A stretch of 62,471 nucleotides of DNA, the filler included. It is 3 parts of 3 records of this genome, joined end to end, with 100 filler letters (N's around TTAATTAATTAA, not from the genome) between each part and the next. Parts side by side here need not be neighbours in the genome. Positions count along the whole stretch, not along the records: positions 47,255 to 62,471 come from SRR31156797_6444; 2 more parts are not named here. The stretch is one strand, 5' to 3'. The notes beneath the pieces are model-generated. The model was given only the letters and a program-made list of their open reading frames with translations. It made no database searches and was not told the origin of the DNA. How positions within the stretch are numbered: the stretch's first letter is position 1; each line of letters begins with the position of its first letter. A program made the position numbers and the translations under genes. Positions 50,606 through 59,211 of the stretch are shown here, one piece after another.

Positions 50606-51163
50606 ATGAAAGACATACGCGAAGCGGAAATAGTACGTGAAGTGCTTTTGGGGGATACCCAGGCATTTGGACTTCTGGTGCGAGAGTACCAAGGGCCGGT
50701 GTATAATCTCATGCTGCGCATGGTGGGCGATGCCGATATGGCAGCTGATCTTGCCCAAGAAGCCTTTACTCGTGCCTATGAGAAACTCGGAACCTTTAAT
50801 GTAAGGAAACGTTTTTTTCCTTGGTTGTATTCAGTTTCTTTGAACGTGGCTCGGGATTGGCTTCGGAAAAGAGGCCGTGACATGCATGTCTTTGTCGATG
50901 ATGCCGCCGTTATGGTCAGAAATGAAGATTTGATTGACGAACAACAGGCTATAGACGCCCGACTGGATGGGGCCAAAGCCTTCATTCTCGTGCAGAAGCT
51001 CGATGTGAAATATCGTGAAGCTTTGATTCTCAGATATAAATATGATTTTTCTGTACGTGAAATAGCAGAAACGTTGGAGATTTCGGTCAGTGGGGCGAAA
51101 ATGCGTCTCAGCAGAGGGTTGGACATGGTCCGACACCAATTCAATGAGGGTTCAAATGACTGA
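50606..51163 (+). CDS. ECF-family RNA polymerase sigma factor
   Basis: GD.QAF..LV..Y, DLAQEAF, FFPWLY, S..EIAETL.IS...KMRL.R. Confidence 0.93.
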   Translation: MKDIREAEIVREVLLGDTQAFGLLVREYQGPVYNLMLRMVGDADMAADLAQEAFTRAYEKLGTFNVRKRFFPWLYSVSLNVARDWLRKRGRDMHVFVDDAAVMVRNEDLIDEQQAIDARLDGAKAFILVQKLDVKYREALILRYKYDFSVREIAETLEISVSGAKMRLSRGLDMVRHQFNEGSND

Positions 51164-51728
51164 TGAACAAAAGAAAATACTGATGGAAGATGCTATCATT
51201 GAAAGTATTCGGCGTGCACCGGAAACGGCTGTGCCTGAAGGATTTTCAGCGCGTGTCATGGAAGGGCTTTCCCCGAAGACCCCTTCTGTTTGGACTCGAA
51301 TATATTTATGGTTGGTTCGACCGCAGGTCATGACGATTCGTCCGTTTCAGGTGATCCCTGTGGTCACATTGGCCGTTGCATTGTTGGCCTTTGCTTTTAT
51401 TCAGATGAATCCGGCACCGGGTACGGACGGTCCTCAGTTGTCGACAGTTAAATTTGTCATGTATGACGGGGGAATGTCCGCTCAGAATGTTTCGGTAGTT
51501 GGGTCCTTCAATGGATGGAAATCAGACAGTTCTGTCATGTGGTATAGCGTTGAAGCTGGAGCATGGGTGCTTGAGGCGGAGCTGCCGCCTGGCGATCATG
51601 AATATCTTTTTTTGGTGAATGGAAAGAATCTTGTGCCAGACCCATTGGCGCCGTTGACGCGTGATGATGGCTTTGGAAACAGAAATTCCATTATGTTTGT
51701 GGTGCAGAATAATGAACAAGCTTTGTAA
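51156..51728 (+). CDS. Putative anti-sigma factor with one TM and a C-terminal CBM48/AMPK-type glycogen-binding domain
   Basis: VPEGFSARVM N-terminus, TM VIPVVTLAVALLAFAFI, AQNVSVVGSFNGW..W...LPPGDHEYLFLVNG...PDP...DDGFG.RNS; overlaps the sigma gene end. Confidence 0.8.
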   Translation: MTDEQKKILMEDAIIESIRRAPETAVPEGFSARVMEGLSPKTPSVWTRIYLWLVRPQVMTIRPFQVIPVVTLAVALLAFAFIQMNPAPGTDGPQLSTVKFVMYDGGMSAQNVSVVGSFNGWKSDSSVMWYSVEAGAWVLEAELPPGDHEYLFLVNGKNLVPDPLAPLTRDDGFGNRNSIMFVVQNNEQAL

Positions 51729-52470
51729 GGTAATTTTAGCGAGTGTTCTTTTCGTATTGGTTGTTTTCGGTGTGCAACCAAGCCGCGCCGAAAGCGATCC
51801 ATTTGTTGTCATGAAAGAGCGTGCCGTGGAGTGTGGAGTTTCGGCAGAAGTTCTCAGTGAGGTCGGAGAACTGGTGAAAGTCGGAACTTTTTCCGATGAT
51901 GAAGGGGCAGCTCTTGTTACCCCGTTGCTTGCGGCATGTGAAAAAAAACTGCCAATTGCGCCATTACAGGATAAATTGGCTGAAGGCTTGGCAAAGCAAG
52001 TTGCGCCTTTACGTATCAGGCAAGCTTTGCAGGTGAAATTAGACGCTTATGAGAATGCTCGTCACCTCTTGGATCGATACTTGGAACCTGTTGCTTCAGA
52101 TGTTCTGATTATTGTGGGGGAGGGGCTTTCCAGAGGTGTTTCTAAACATGACTTCGAAGCGTATGTGGCTAAATTCTATGGGCAGCCTCCAGAAAAATTT
52201 TTGACCGGAGCAGAGATGATTTCTTTGCTTGGTCAGATTGACTTTGATCCAGAACAGACTCGTTCCATGCTTAAAGCCGGTTTTGCCTCTGGCGGATTGA
52301 CTCCGCAGTGGCGGTATCTTGTGCGAGTCGTTCTTATAGCTAGGCAGCGCGGTATTTCGGATAACGTCATCGGTGAAGTTTCGTCTGGCGTGCTATCCGA
52401 GATGGGGACAGTGAATGATGTGTCGGCTCGTCTTGGTTTTACCAGTCGCAGCATGACCGGAAAAAAATAA
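51712..52470 (+). CDS. Exported hypothetical alpha-helical protein
   Basis: Signal peptide ending SRA; overlaps the anti-sigma gene; LPIAPLQDKLAEGLAK motif. Confidence 0.75.
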   Translation: MNKLCKVILASVLFVLVVFGVQPSRAESDPFVVMKERAVECGVSAEVLSEVGELVKVGTFSDDEGAALVTPLLAACEKKLPIAPLQDKLAEGLAKQVAPLRIRQALQVKLDAYENARHLLDRYLEPVASDVLIIVGEGLSRGVSKHDFEAYVAKFYGQPPEKFLTGAEMISLLGQIDFDPEQTRSMLKAGFASGGLTPQWRYLVRVVLIARQRGISDNVIGEVSSGVLSEMGTVNDVSARLGFTSRSMTGKK

Positions 52471-52489
52471 TTTCAGAAGTTTTGCGGTA

Positions 52490-52523
52490 TTTTGTGACCT
52501 GATCCAGTGGGTCTGGGTATATT
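52490..52523 (+). promoter_or_regulatory. Candidate ECF-dependent promoter, copy 2 (upstream of the TPR lipoprotein gene)
   Basis: TTTTGTGACC-N16-GGTATATT. Confidence 0.6.
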
Positions 52524-52571
52524 GTTAGTAGGAATGGTTTTAATCGCGATAATTCCATGGGAGTTTTTTGA

Positions 52572-53528
52572 GTGAAAGGTTCTATAGCTTTATTATTGGT
52601 TTTGATTGTGTTGGGCATGGCGGGGTGTGCCAAAGTCGTTGGCCCGTACTATCTTGAACAGGAAAAATATGCAGATGGGATTGAAATTCTTGGAGAGCAT
52701 CTTCAAGAAAATCCAGATGACGCATCTTCAGCCTACTATGTCGGGCGATATTATTTGGCATTAGATAAGCCTGAGCAAGGTCTTCCTTATTTAGAAAAGG
52801 CCGTGTCTTTGGAGCCGGACAACGCTGATTACGTTTTTTGGACCGGTGTAGGCTACTGGGCAACACTTGATTTTGAACGGGAAGAGGCCGCGTACAAACA
52901 GACTCTGCGCCTTAACCCGGAACATATTTCGGCAAATCTCTACCTTGGTCACGGATATGTTGATCGGGGAGAGTGGACCAAGGCTTTGGCCCAGTACGAC
53001 AAGGTTGTTGCACTGGATAAATATAATCCCGAGGCCCTGTATAATCGGGCTGTTGCTCTGGACGGACTGGGACGGACCTCGGAGGAAATTGCGGCTTGGA
53101 AGAAGTTTCTTGAGTATTACCCTGATGGGAGCCTGGCCATGGAGGCTACGGTGCAACTCAATCTGCAAGGAAACTTTCTCTATCGTAATTTTATTATTGG
53201 AAAACGCAATGTTACGCTTAAGAGCATGGCGTTCAAACCGGGAACAACTTCTTTGGATGTCGATAGTCGGGCTTCGTTGAACGTGTTGAGCGCGATGATG
53301 CTTGCCAATGAACAGCTGTCATTGCACATCGTCTCCTTTCAACAAGGTGATGCGGAACGGGCCAAGGTTAATGCCAAGGCCGTTCGAGATGCCATTTTAC
53401 GAGGACATTCAGATATTGATTCTTCAAGGCTGCTTTTGAGTTGGTTTGGGACCGCCGAGTCGATTGATTACGGTAAAAAGACCTTTACGCTTGAACGCTC
53501 GGTGAAATTTGTTACTGAAGTTCAATAA
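52572..53528 (+). CDS. TPR lipoprotein with a degenerate C-terminal OmpA-like domain
   Basis: Lipobox MAGC; about five TPRs; F.PG...L...S...L...L.LHI...AKAVRD.I...ID.SRL. Confidence 0.8.
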   Translation: MKGSIALLLVLIVLGMAGCAKVVGPYYLEQEKYADGIEILGEHLQENPDDASSAYYVGRYYLALDKPEQGLPYLEKAVSLEPDNADYVFWTGVGYWATLDFEREEAAYKQTLRLNPEHISANLYLGHGYVDRGEWTKALAQYDKVVALDKYNPEALYNRAVALDGLGRTSEEIAAWKKFLEYYPDGSLAMEATVQLNLQGNFLYRNFIIGKRNVTLKSMAFKPGTTSLDVDSRASLNVLSAMMLANEQLSLHIVSFQQGDAERAKVNAKAVRDAILRGHSDIDSSRLLLSWFGTAESIDYGKKTFTLERSVKFVTEVQ

Positions 53529-53545
53529 CTGTTGGAGAATGCATT

Positions 53546-54457
53546 ATGTTAAAAATAATGAATAAAATATATATTTTTTGTGTCGTTTTTATTTTGATGG
53601 CGTTGTTGGCTGCCCCTGTTGCATTTGCTCAGACGGATGACGGAGGCACTGGTGATACGGATGTCGCTACGGATACCGGTGATACCGGTGATACTGGTGA
53701 TACTGGTGATGCCGATGAATCAGCCGATGAAACATCGACCTTTGCTAATCCGGCTCAAGCTGCCAAGGCCGAATCTTTGGCCGAGGCTGTCGCTGAAGCT
53801 GGAGCACAGGCTGTAGCCGATGCCGAGCAGTCTGTCAGCGAAGCTGAAGCTGCTGTGGCTCAAGCACAGGCAGCCGTCGATGCTGCGGAAGAAGATTCTC
53901 CGGAAGAAGCAGAGGCCATGGCCGCGTTAGAGGCTGCAACGGCTGCTTTGACTGAAAAGCAGGTTGCTGCGGATAAGGCTATTGCCAGCGCTGCCTCCGT
54001 TGATGTTGATAGCATCGCGTCCATGCGGACTGCCGGCATGGGCTGGGGTGAGATTGCCCATGAACTGGGCGTGCATCCCAGCACGTTGGGATTGGGTCAC
54101 AAAAAGCAGCATCAGCAAAAGACAAAGAACGTGGGTGTTGCGTCAAATGTCCACGTGGCCGCTGCGTATGGCAAAACGGTCAACAAGACCAATCGTAACG
54201 TTAAGTCCGGTGTTGCCAAGACTCCAGGAGTTTCCGGTGGCAAAGGGTCCAAGGCTGTGGGGTTGAGCCGAGCTTCCAGTAAAGCCAAGTCTGGAGCCAA
54301 GGGGTCCAAGTCCTCCAAGAGCTCTTCATCCTCGGGAGGCCGGGGTAATTCCGGGAGTAACGGGAATGGTAATTCAGGAAGTAACGGAAAGGGTAACTCC
54401 GGTAACAACGGTAATGGCGGTGGTAACGGTGGCGGCAATGGTGGCGGTAAAAAGTAG
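53546..54457 (+). CDS. Secreted low-complexity protein (acidic N-terminus, Ala/Glu helix, GMGWGEIAHELG motif, basic Gly/Asn/Ser/Lys tail)
   Basis: Signal peptide ending AFA; GGAG RBS; followed by a terminator. Confidence 0.8.
   Translation: MLKIMNKIYIFCVVFILMALLAAPVAFAQTDDGGTGDTDVATDTGDTGDTGDTGDADESADETSTFANPAQAAKAESLAEAVAEAGAQAVADAEQSVSEAEAAVAQAQAAVDAAEEDSPEEAEAMAALEAATAALTEKQVAADKAIASAASVDVDSIASMRTAGMGWGEIAHELGVHPSTLGLGHKKQHQQKTKNVGVASNVHVAAAYGKTVNKTNRNVKSGVAKTPGVSGGKGSKAVGLSRASSKAKSGAKGSKSSKSSSSSGGRGNSGSNGNGNSGSNGKGNSGNNGNGGGNGGGNGGGKK
53672..53710 (+). repeat. 9-bp tandem repeat GATACYGGT x4 encoding (DTG)4D
   Basis: gataccggt gataccggt gatactggt gatactggt gat. Confidence 0.9.
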
Positions 54458-54490
54458 TTGTTGCTGACTTAATCTTTTTGAACTTTGAAT

Positions 54491-54522
54491 GGGACTCGTT
54501 GTTATGACGAGTCCCTTTTTTT
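54491..54522 (+). terminator. Intrinsic terminator closing the ECF module
   Basis: GGGACTCGT-7 nt-ACGAGTCCC-T7. Confidence 0.9.
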
Positions 54523-54607
54523 ATCTGGTCGCTCCTCTCCTTGAAAAGTGTGCATGAATCAGGCTATTCTGCAAATATTGATGAACTCATGAAGGTGTGT
54601 ATTTTAT

Positions 54608-55624
54608 ATGACGGATTTTTTGGCGACTGACACTTTTGAAGAAACCTATCTGCAAATCAGCTCTACTATTCTGGAAAGTTTTCCAAAATTTCGCCCGCCA
54701 GTGGATTTGTATGTATTTGATCCTTCAGTGGAGCAGATAAAGAAGTTTCACAGGGCCGAAGCTCGTTTGGGCACGGATGGACAGGCGGAAGCCGCACTAA
54801 TCGCCACAGAAGGGCGTCTTTTTTTACTCAGGGATGATTACAGAATCTATGCCAGCCATTTGAGCAAGCGCCTTGGCTTGTTGTTGGTAGAGGAAGGTTT
54901 TAGTCCCGTGGAAGTGGCAGAAATCTTTTTTCTCGCCTTTCGAGATCGTATGGAACAGTTTTTTGAGCAACCGCAAAAAGGTATGCTTGAGTTATTGGTT
55001 AAGGATATTTCCGTATTGGCTGAATACCTTTGGATAGACCCTAGCCGGGTTGAATTTTTAACTCAGACTCTGGATAAAGAGTATAGTCTGGCTGTTCACT
55101 CAACCAACTCGATGTTTATCGGGTTGACCTTGCATGTTCATGCCGCAGGACGGGCTGTAGAGAAGGACGGTTTGGCTCGTGTCGCTCTCGGATTACTTCT
55201 GCATGATCTTGGAATGACGCAAGTACCTCGTTTTATAAGAGATAAGCAACAGTTTTTGGTACGGCGGGATCGGGAGTCCATTGAGAATCATATCGATGCC
55301 GGATTGAAAATGTTGCAACGGCTTAAAATTGCTGATCCAATTGTGTTGGAGTGTATGCGCCAACATCATGAACGTAATGACGGATCCGGCTATCCCGACC
55401 GGCGTTTTGGCAAGGATATTTCCATGGCCGGAAAGCTTTGTGCTGTGGCGGATTCCTTTTCCGCCATGATAGGCGTTCGTCCGTATCGATCGTCCAAAGA
55501 TGTGGCCGAAGCAGCCATTGCCTTGATTAAGGACAAGAAGAAGTACGAACCGACCCTGATTAAGCTTCTCGGTGAAGCTTTGGCTGAAGGAGGCTGGATG
55601 AATGGAGCTAAGGCGTCGGTATAG
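54608..55624 (+). CDS. HD-GYP domain phosphodiesterase
   Basis: VHS, LLHDLG, HHERNDGSGYP, VADSF. Confidence 0.9.
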   Translation: MTDFLATDTFEETYLQISSTILESFPKFRPPVDLYVFDPSVEQIKKFHRAEARLGTDGQAEAALIATEGRLFLLRDDYRIYASHLSKRLGLLLVEEGFSPVEVAEIFFLAFRDRMEQFFEQPQKGMLELLVKDISVLAEYLWIDPSRVEFLTQTLDKEYSLAVHSTNSMFIGLTLHVHAAGRAVEKDGLARVALGLLLHDLGMTQVPRFIRDKQQFLVRRDRESIENHIDAGLKMLQRLKIADPIVLECMRQHHERNDGSGYPDRRFGKDISMAGKLCAVADSFSAMIGVRPYRSSKDVAEAAIALIKDKKKYEPTLIKLLGEALAEGGWMNGAKASV

Positions 55625-55633
55625 GCAAAAAAA

Positions 55634-56500
55634 TTATTCTTCGGGTGGAGTATATCGTCGGCCAAGAATGCGACAAAGTAAGCCTATGAACATAACCACC
55701 GCAACCATGAGTATGCCGGTCAAAGCCCATCCCCTGTCGTGTGTCACGTCCAGAAACCATTTGCTACGAATGTAGTTGAGCCTTTTTGCATCCAGCCGTT
55801 TCCATCCATTTTTCACTAAGGTGTGCAGGTCATTTCGACCATTGGCTGTGGCCACCCTCAGAGTGTTTTTGTATGCGTCTTGATATTTGAGGAACTGGTT
55901 TTGGGCCTTGAATTTTCGTAAGTAGAAGACTGCGATGGGTTGGTCGGCGACAAAGGCTTTGATGTCCCCGTCGACGGCGGCCTTGATCATGTCTCTGGCT
56001 TGCGGGAACGGTCGTATGGGGCGGCTTGGCCATGAATGCTGCATGAAATGTTCAGTGTATCCACCGGCCACGATACCCACTGGGAATAGTTTGATATCAT
56101 CCCAATTCAACCCTTTGGCAATATAGATGGCTGCCGAGAGATTGGTGATCGGCTCTCCGAAGTCAAGATATTCATTTCGTTTTTCGGTATAGAAGAGCCC
56201 TCCGTGGACATCTGCTTGACCTGTACGCACCCAGTCCAGAGTTTCTTGCCAGTCACCTAATTTGAAGCGGATATCGATGTTGTTGACTTCACCGAAATGT
56301 TTCCAGAAATCGATTAAATATCCTTGTGGAAGGCCCTGTGCGTTTATGTAGACCAAAGGTTCGTAGTTTGAGTCGTGTGTTACGATCAATTTTGGTTTTA
56401 GTTTTGCCGCAGAAGGAGTTGGCACCGCCAGAAGCAGAAAGAGTACGCCTATCGATAAATTAAGCATACTGGGGGAATGAAAGTGTGGGCGGCGAATCAC
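55634..56500 (-). CDS. Family-3 solute-binding domain protein with a C-terminal TM anchor
   Basis: YEPL.Y..G.PQGYLID, G.AD, R..YLDF; C-terminal hydrophobic helix. Confidence 0.8.
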   Translation of the reverse strand: MIRRPHFHSPSMLNLSIGVLFLLLAVPTPSAAKLKPKLIVTHDSNYEPLVYINAQGLPQGYLIDFWKHFGEVNNIDIRFKLGDWQETLDWVRTGQADVHGGLFYTEKRNEYLDFGEPITNLSAAIYIAKGLNWDDIKLFPVGIVAGGYTEHFMQHSWPSRPIRPFPQARDMIKAAVDGDIKAFVADQPIAVFYLRKFKAQNQFLKYQDAYKNTLRVATANGRNDLHTLVKNGWKRLDAKRLNYIRSKWFLDVTHDRGWALTGILMVAVVMFIGLLCRILGRRYTPPEE

Positions 56501-56512
56501 GGGATGCTGGTC

Positions 56513-56944
56513 CTAAAGTTGAATATACCCGTTTTTTGCAAACTGCTCAGGATCTTTGACAAGAGCCATGGCGGTGAGCATGGGGTTGAAGCCAAGCCGT
56601 GCGTAGAATCCTTCTTTGCCCGGAACGCTCCATAGAACCACGCTCGGGGTGTTCAGCCGTTTAGTCAGTGCTTTCATTATGCGACTTCCCAAATGTTTGT
56701 CCTGATGTTCCGGTAAAATGCACAGGTCATAGATAACTGATTGGTATACTCCGTCTGACAGAGCGCGAGCCATCCCCACGAGTTCGTTGTTGAACCATGC
56801 GAAGCACACGAGGTCGCTGTTTTCAAAAGCAGCTTGTATCTTGTCCGGTTCACGAATGCTGAGTGGTGCTCGTTCTAAAACATTGGCGGCCGTAATCCAG
56901 TTCACGTTGGTCGTGTCGAATCGTAGTTGTATATCGTCACTCAT
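56513..56944 (-). CDS. GNAT-family N-acetyltransferase
   Basis: LVGMARALSDG, IYDLCILPEHQ..LG, FYARLGF. Confidence 0.9.
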   Translation of the reverse strand: MSDDIQLRFDTTNVNWITAANVLERAPLSIREPDKIQAAFENSDLVCFAWFNNELVGMARALSDGVYQSVIYDLCILPEHQDKHLGSRIMKALTKRLNTPSVVLWSVPGKEGFYARLGFNPMLTAMALVKDPEQFAKNGYIQL

Positions 56945-57702
56945 GCCTGTTTCCACCATGTTTTCATGCGGACTATTTCTCGGTTGTCTGAAAGGCGTGT
57001 CAGGGAATGCATGAAGGTATCCATGTTGTTGTCGGGTTCACCTTGAGTGCAGTTCGCTTGATACGTTTCACCAGCAAAGGACTCGGTTCTGAATTGAATG
57101 TCCAGTCCCATGCACCTGTGTGCATTGTCCCATTCTAGTGGCACGGCTTCCATACAATATTCAATATATTTTACGTTGTTTACATGACCATTGATGTCTG
57201 TATCGGCCTTGCGGGCCATGATTTCCACGGTATGCTCACCTTGTTTGAGGCGGGTGACGGCCTTGGATGGAAAGACAATGGAGTGGTCACGTTTTGGGAT
57301 GAACCGTTCGTTGAGCACAGAACCGGGTTTGTCCGGGCGGTGTGTCTCGACATTGATGGTGGCCCAGGAAGAGGTGGCTCGTCCTATGAGAGTGTCAGTA
57401 TCGTGAATGAGGAAGTCTCGAAGGGCGACCAACCGTTCGTTTTCTGAGGGCCATGTTCGTACGCTGACCTGTTCTCCAAATTCAGGCATCCGATCCATCA
57501 TGACATGGAGTCGAGCCAATACCCAGAAATGACCATTTTGGCGGAGATCGCGCAGTCCGAATCCGAGCGAGTCGGCATGGCGAGAGGCTATATCCTGTAG
57601 ATAATTACACACGGATGCAATGGATATACGGCCATCTGTGCGGGGTTCGTAAGAGCGTATGTTGTACTGGTGCTCAAGAGTGAGGTCGTTGGATGATGTC
57701 AT
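56941..57702 (-). CDS. Acyl-ACP thioesterase (double hot-dog)
   Basis: IRSYE, YLQD.A..HA, WVLAR, DTDINGHVNN.KY. Confidence 0.92.
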   Translation of the reverse strand: MTSSNDLTLEHQYNIRSYEPRTDGRISIASVCNYLQDIASRHADSLGFGLRDLRQNGHFWVLARLHVMMDRMPEFGEQVSVRTWPSENERLVALRDFLIHDTDTLIGRATSSWATINVETHRPDKPGSVLNERFIPKRDHSIVFPSKAVTRLKQGEHTVEIMARKADTDINGHVNNVKYIEYCMEAVPLEWDNAHRCMGLDIQFRTESFAGETYQANCTQGEPDNNMDTFMHSLTRLSDNREIVRMKTWWKQA

Positions 57703-58411
57703 GTGTTCTATTCTTTTGTCTGCAGGGCATTGTTTCGTATCTCGTCCATTTTTCGTTCTCGTACATGCGAGAAAGTATATCTGTAATGGGTTGGACTAAT
57801 TCAGTGTGTCTTTTATGGAGATAGTGGTAGAGTTGCAGCTTTGCAAGTGGCGGTTCATGGATGTAAAATGTTTCGACGTATTTCTTTCCACCTTGGGCGG
57901 GGTGGATGCTTCGCGTGGCGATGACGACATCAAGCCGATTTGCGGCAAGAAGTTTAAACAGGGTGTCGTGATTTGTTGAACGGAGAACGTTTGGCATTCC
58001 ATGCGTCTGCATCTCTGTGTATCTGATGCCTGCCTTGATGCCGATTCGTCTTTTTTTAAGACTTTTCCACCCCTTGACCGGGAAGGTGTTGTCAACAGTG
58101 TAGGCCATGATTTCAACAGTCATGACTGGTACGGGAATACGAATGAGATTCGGGTGTTCTGACTCAATGTCGGCGATTCGGCACAATTCTCCATCAGTAA
58201 AGCCGGTGTTGGAGTCAACCAGTGCTCGGTTTGCAGGAAGTATTTTGCCTTCAACCGTTATACCCATTTTTGAGTATGCTGCTTTGAGGATGGCGAGTAT
58301 GCCCATGGCAGCCTTGGTATCGTCGGCTCCCATGGCAAAAAGCATGGTCTGTCCTGCGATTGCCGGACAGACCATGAGCAGGGTGAGTATCAGTGATATG
58401 AAATACCTCAT
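57674..58411 (-). CDS. Family-3 periplasmic solute-binding protein; probable 1-nt frameshift near the 3' end
   Basis: Signal peptide, LP.NRAL, DGE..RI, LYHYLHK.H; aberrant tail overlaps the next gene. Confidence 0.8.
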   Translation of the reverse strand: MRYFISLILTLLMVCPAIAGQTMLFAMGADDTKAAMGILAILKAAYSKMGITVEGKILPANRALVDSNTGFTDGELCRIADIESEHPNLIRIPVPVMTVEIMAYTVDNTFPVKGWKSLKKRRIGIKAGIRYTEMQTHGMPNVLRSTNHDTLFKLLAANRLDVVIATRSIHPAQGGKKYVETFYIHEPPLAKLQLYHYLHKRHTELVQPITDILSRMYENEKWTRYETMPCRQKNRTHDIIQRPHS

Positions 58412-58503
58412 GTAAAGAAATTAACGGAAAACTGTTAATTCGTACAGCGTCTTTCAATCAAAATTGTATGCTCGATTTATGGGGATAAATAAATTGATGG
58501 TTA

Positions 58504-59106
58504 TTATGACAGGAAGTTGGCCACGCCTGTAAATACGATTTGAGCGGCCATAGCCGATAGGATCAGGCCGGTTATTTTGGTCAGAACTGCGAGCCCCATG
58601 GAACCGATGACCCGTTTCAGGGCCGGAGCGACAAAGAGCATCAGCCCTACGGTCAGGCAGGCTGCAACCAAAGAAGCTGCTCCGATAATCTGTTCCGTGG
58701 CTCCGCCAAGTTCCGCGCCAAGAATAAGCAACGTACCGATGGTGGCTGGGCCCACAGTGATGGGGATAGCCAATGGAACCACCGCCACATCCGTATCGTC
58801 TTCTGGTTCCGGTCGGGTGCGTTTGCCGGATACTAATGATACGGCAGACAGGAACAGCAAACTTCCCGCTCCTACGCGGAATCCATCCAGCGTAATGCCC
58901 AATGTCGAAAAGATGGGGTTCCCGGCAAAATAGAGTATCAGGACAATAACCAGGACGGAAATAGTCACTCGTATTGCCAGTTTTCGTTGCTCAATCACGT
59001 CCATATCTTCGATGAATGACAGGAATACTGACAAAACGAAAAAAGGCGTCAGCAGGAAAAACAGCTTGATATAAAGGGAGATGAAGAGGTTGGTCACGAT
59101 GGTCAT
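58504..59106 (-). CDS. MarC-family membrane protein
   Basis: GI.LD.FR.G.G.LLF, VVPLAIP..VGPATI, KITGLIL. Confidence 0.9.
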   Translation of the reverse strand: MTIVTNLFISLYIKLFFLLTPFFVLSVFLSFIEDMDVIEQRKLAIRVTISVLVIVLILYFAGNPIFSTLGITLDGFRVGAGSLLFLSAVSLVSGKRTRPEPEDDTDVAVVPLAIPITVGPATIGTLLILGAELGGATEQIIGAASLVAACLTVGLMLFVAPALKRVIGSMGLAVLTKITGLILSAMAAQIVFTGVANFLS

Positions 59107-59124
59107 CCCTGCGCGAAGCGCACA

Positions 59125-59197
59125 CAAAAAGTTTGGGAGATTCTCAAGAACCTTTTTCAAAAAGTTCTTGAGCCCTCGGAGAGACCGCCGGTAGGCT
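59125..59197. repeat. REP-like palindromic intergenic element
   Basis: CTCAAGAAC-CTTTTTCAAAAA-GTTCTTGAG hairpin flanked by AAAAGTTTGGG and CCGCCGGTAGGC. Confidence 0.5.
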
Positions 59198-59211
59198 TAC
59201 CGGTCACATCT

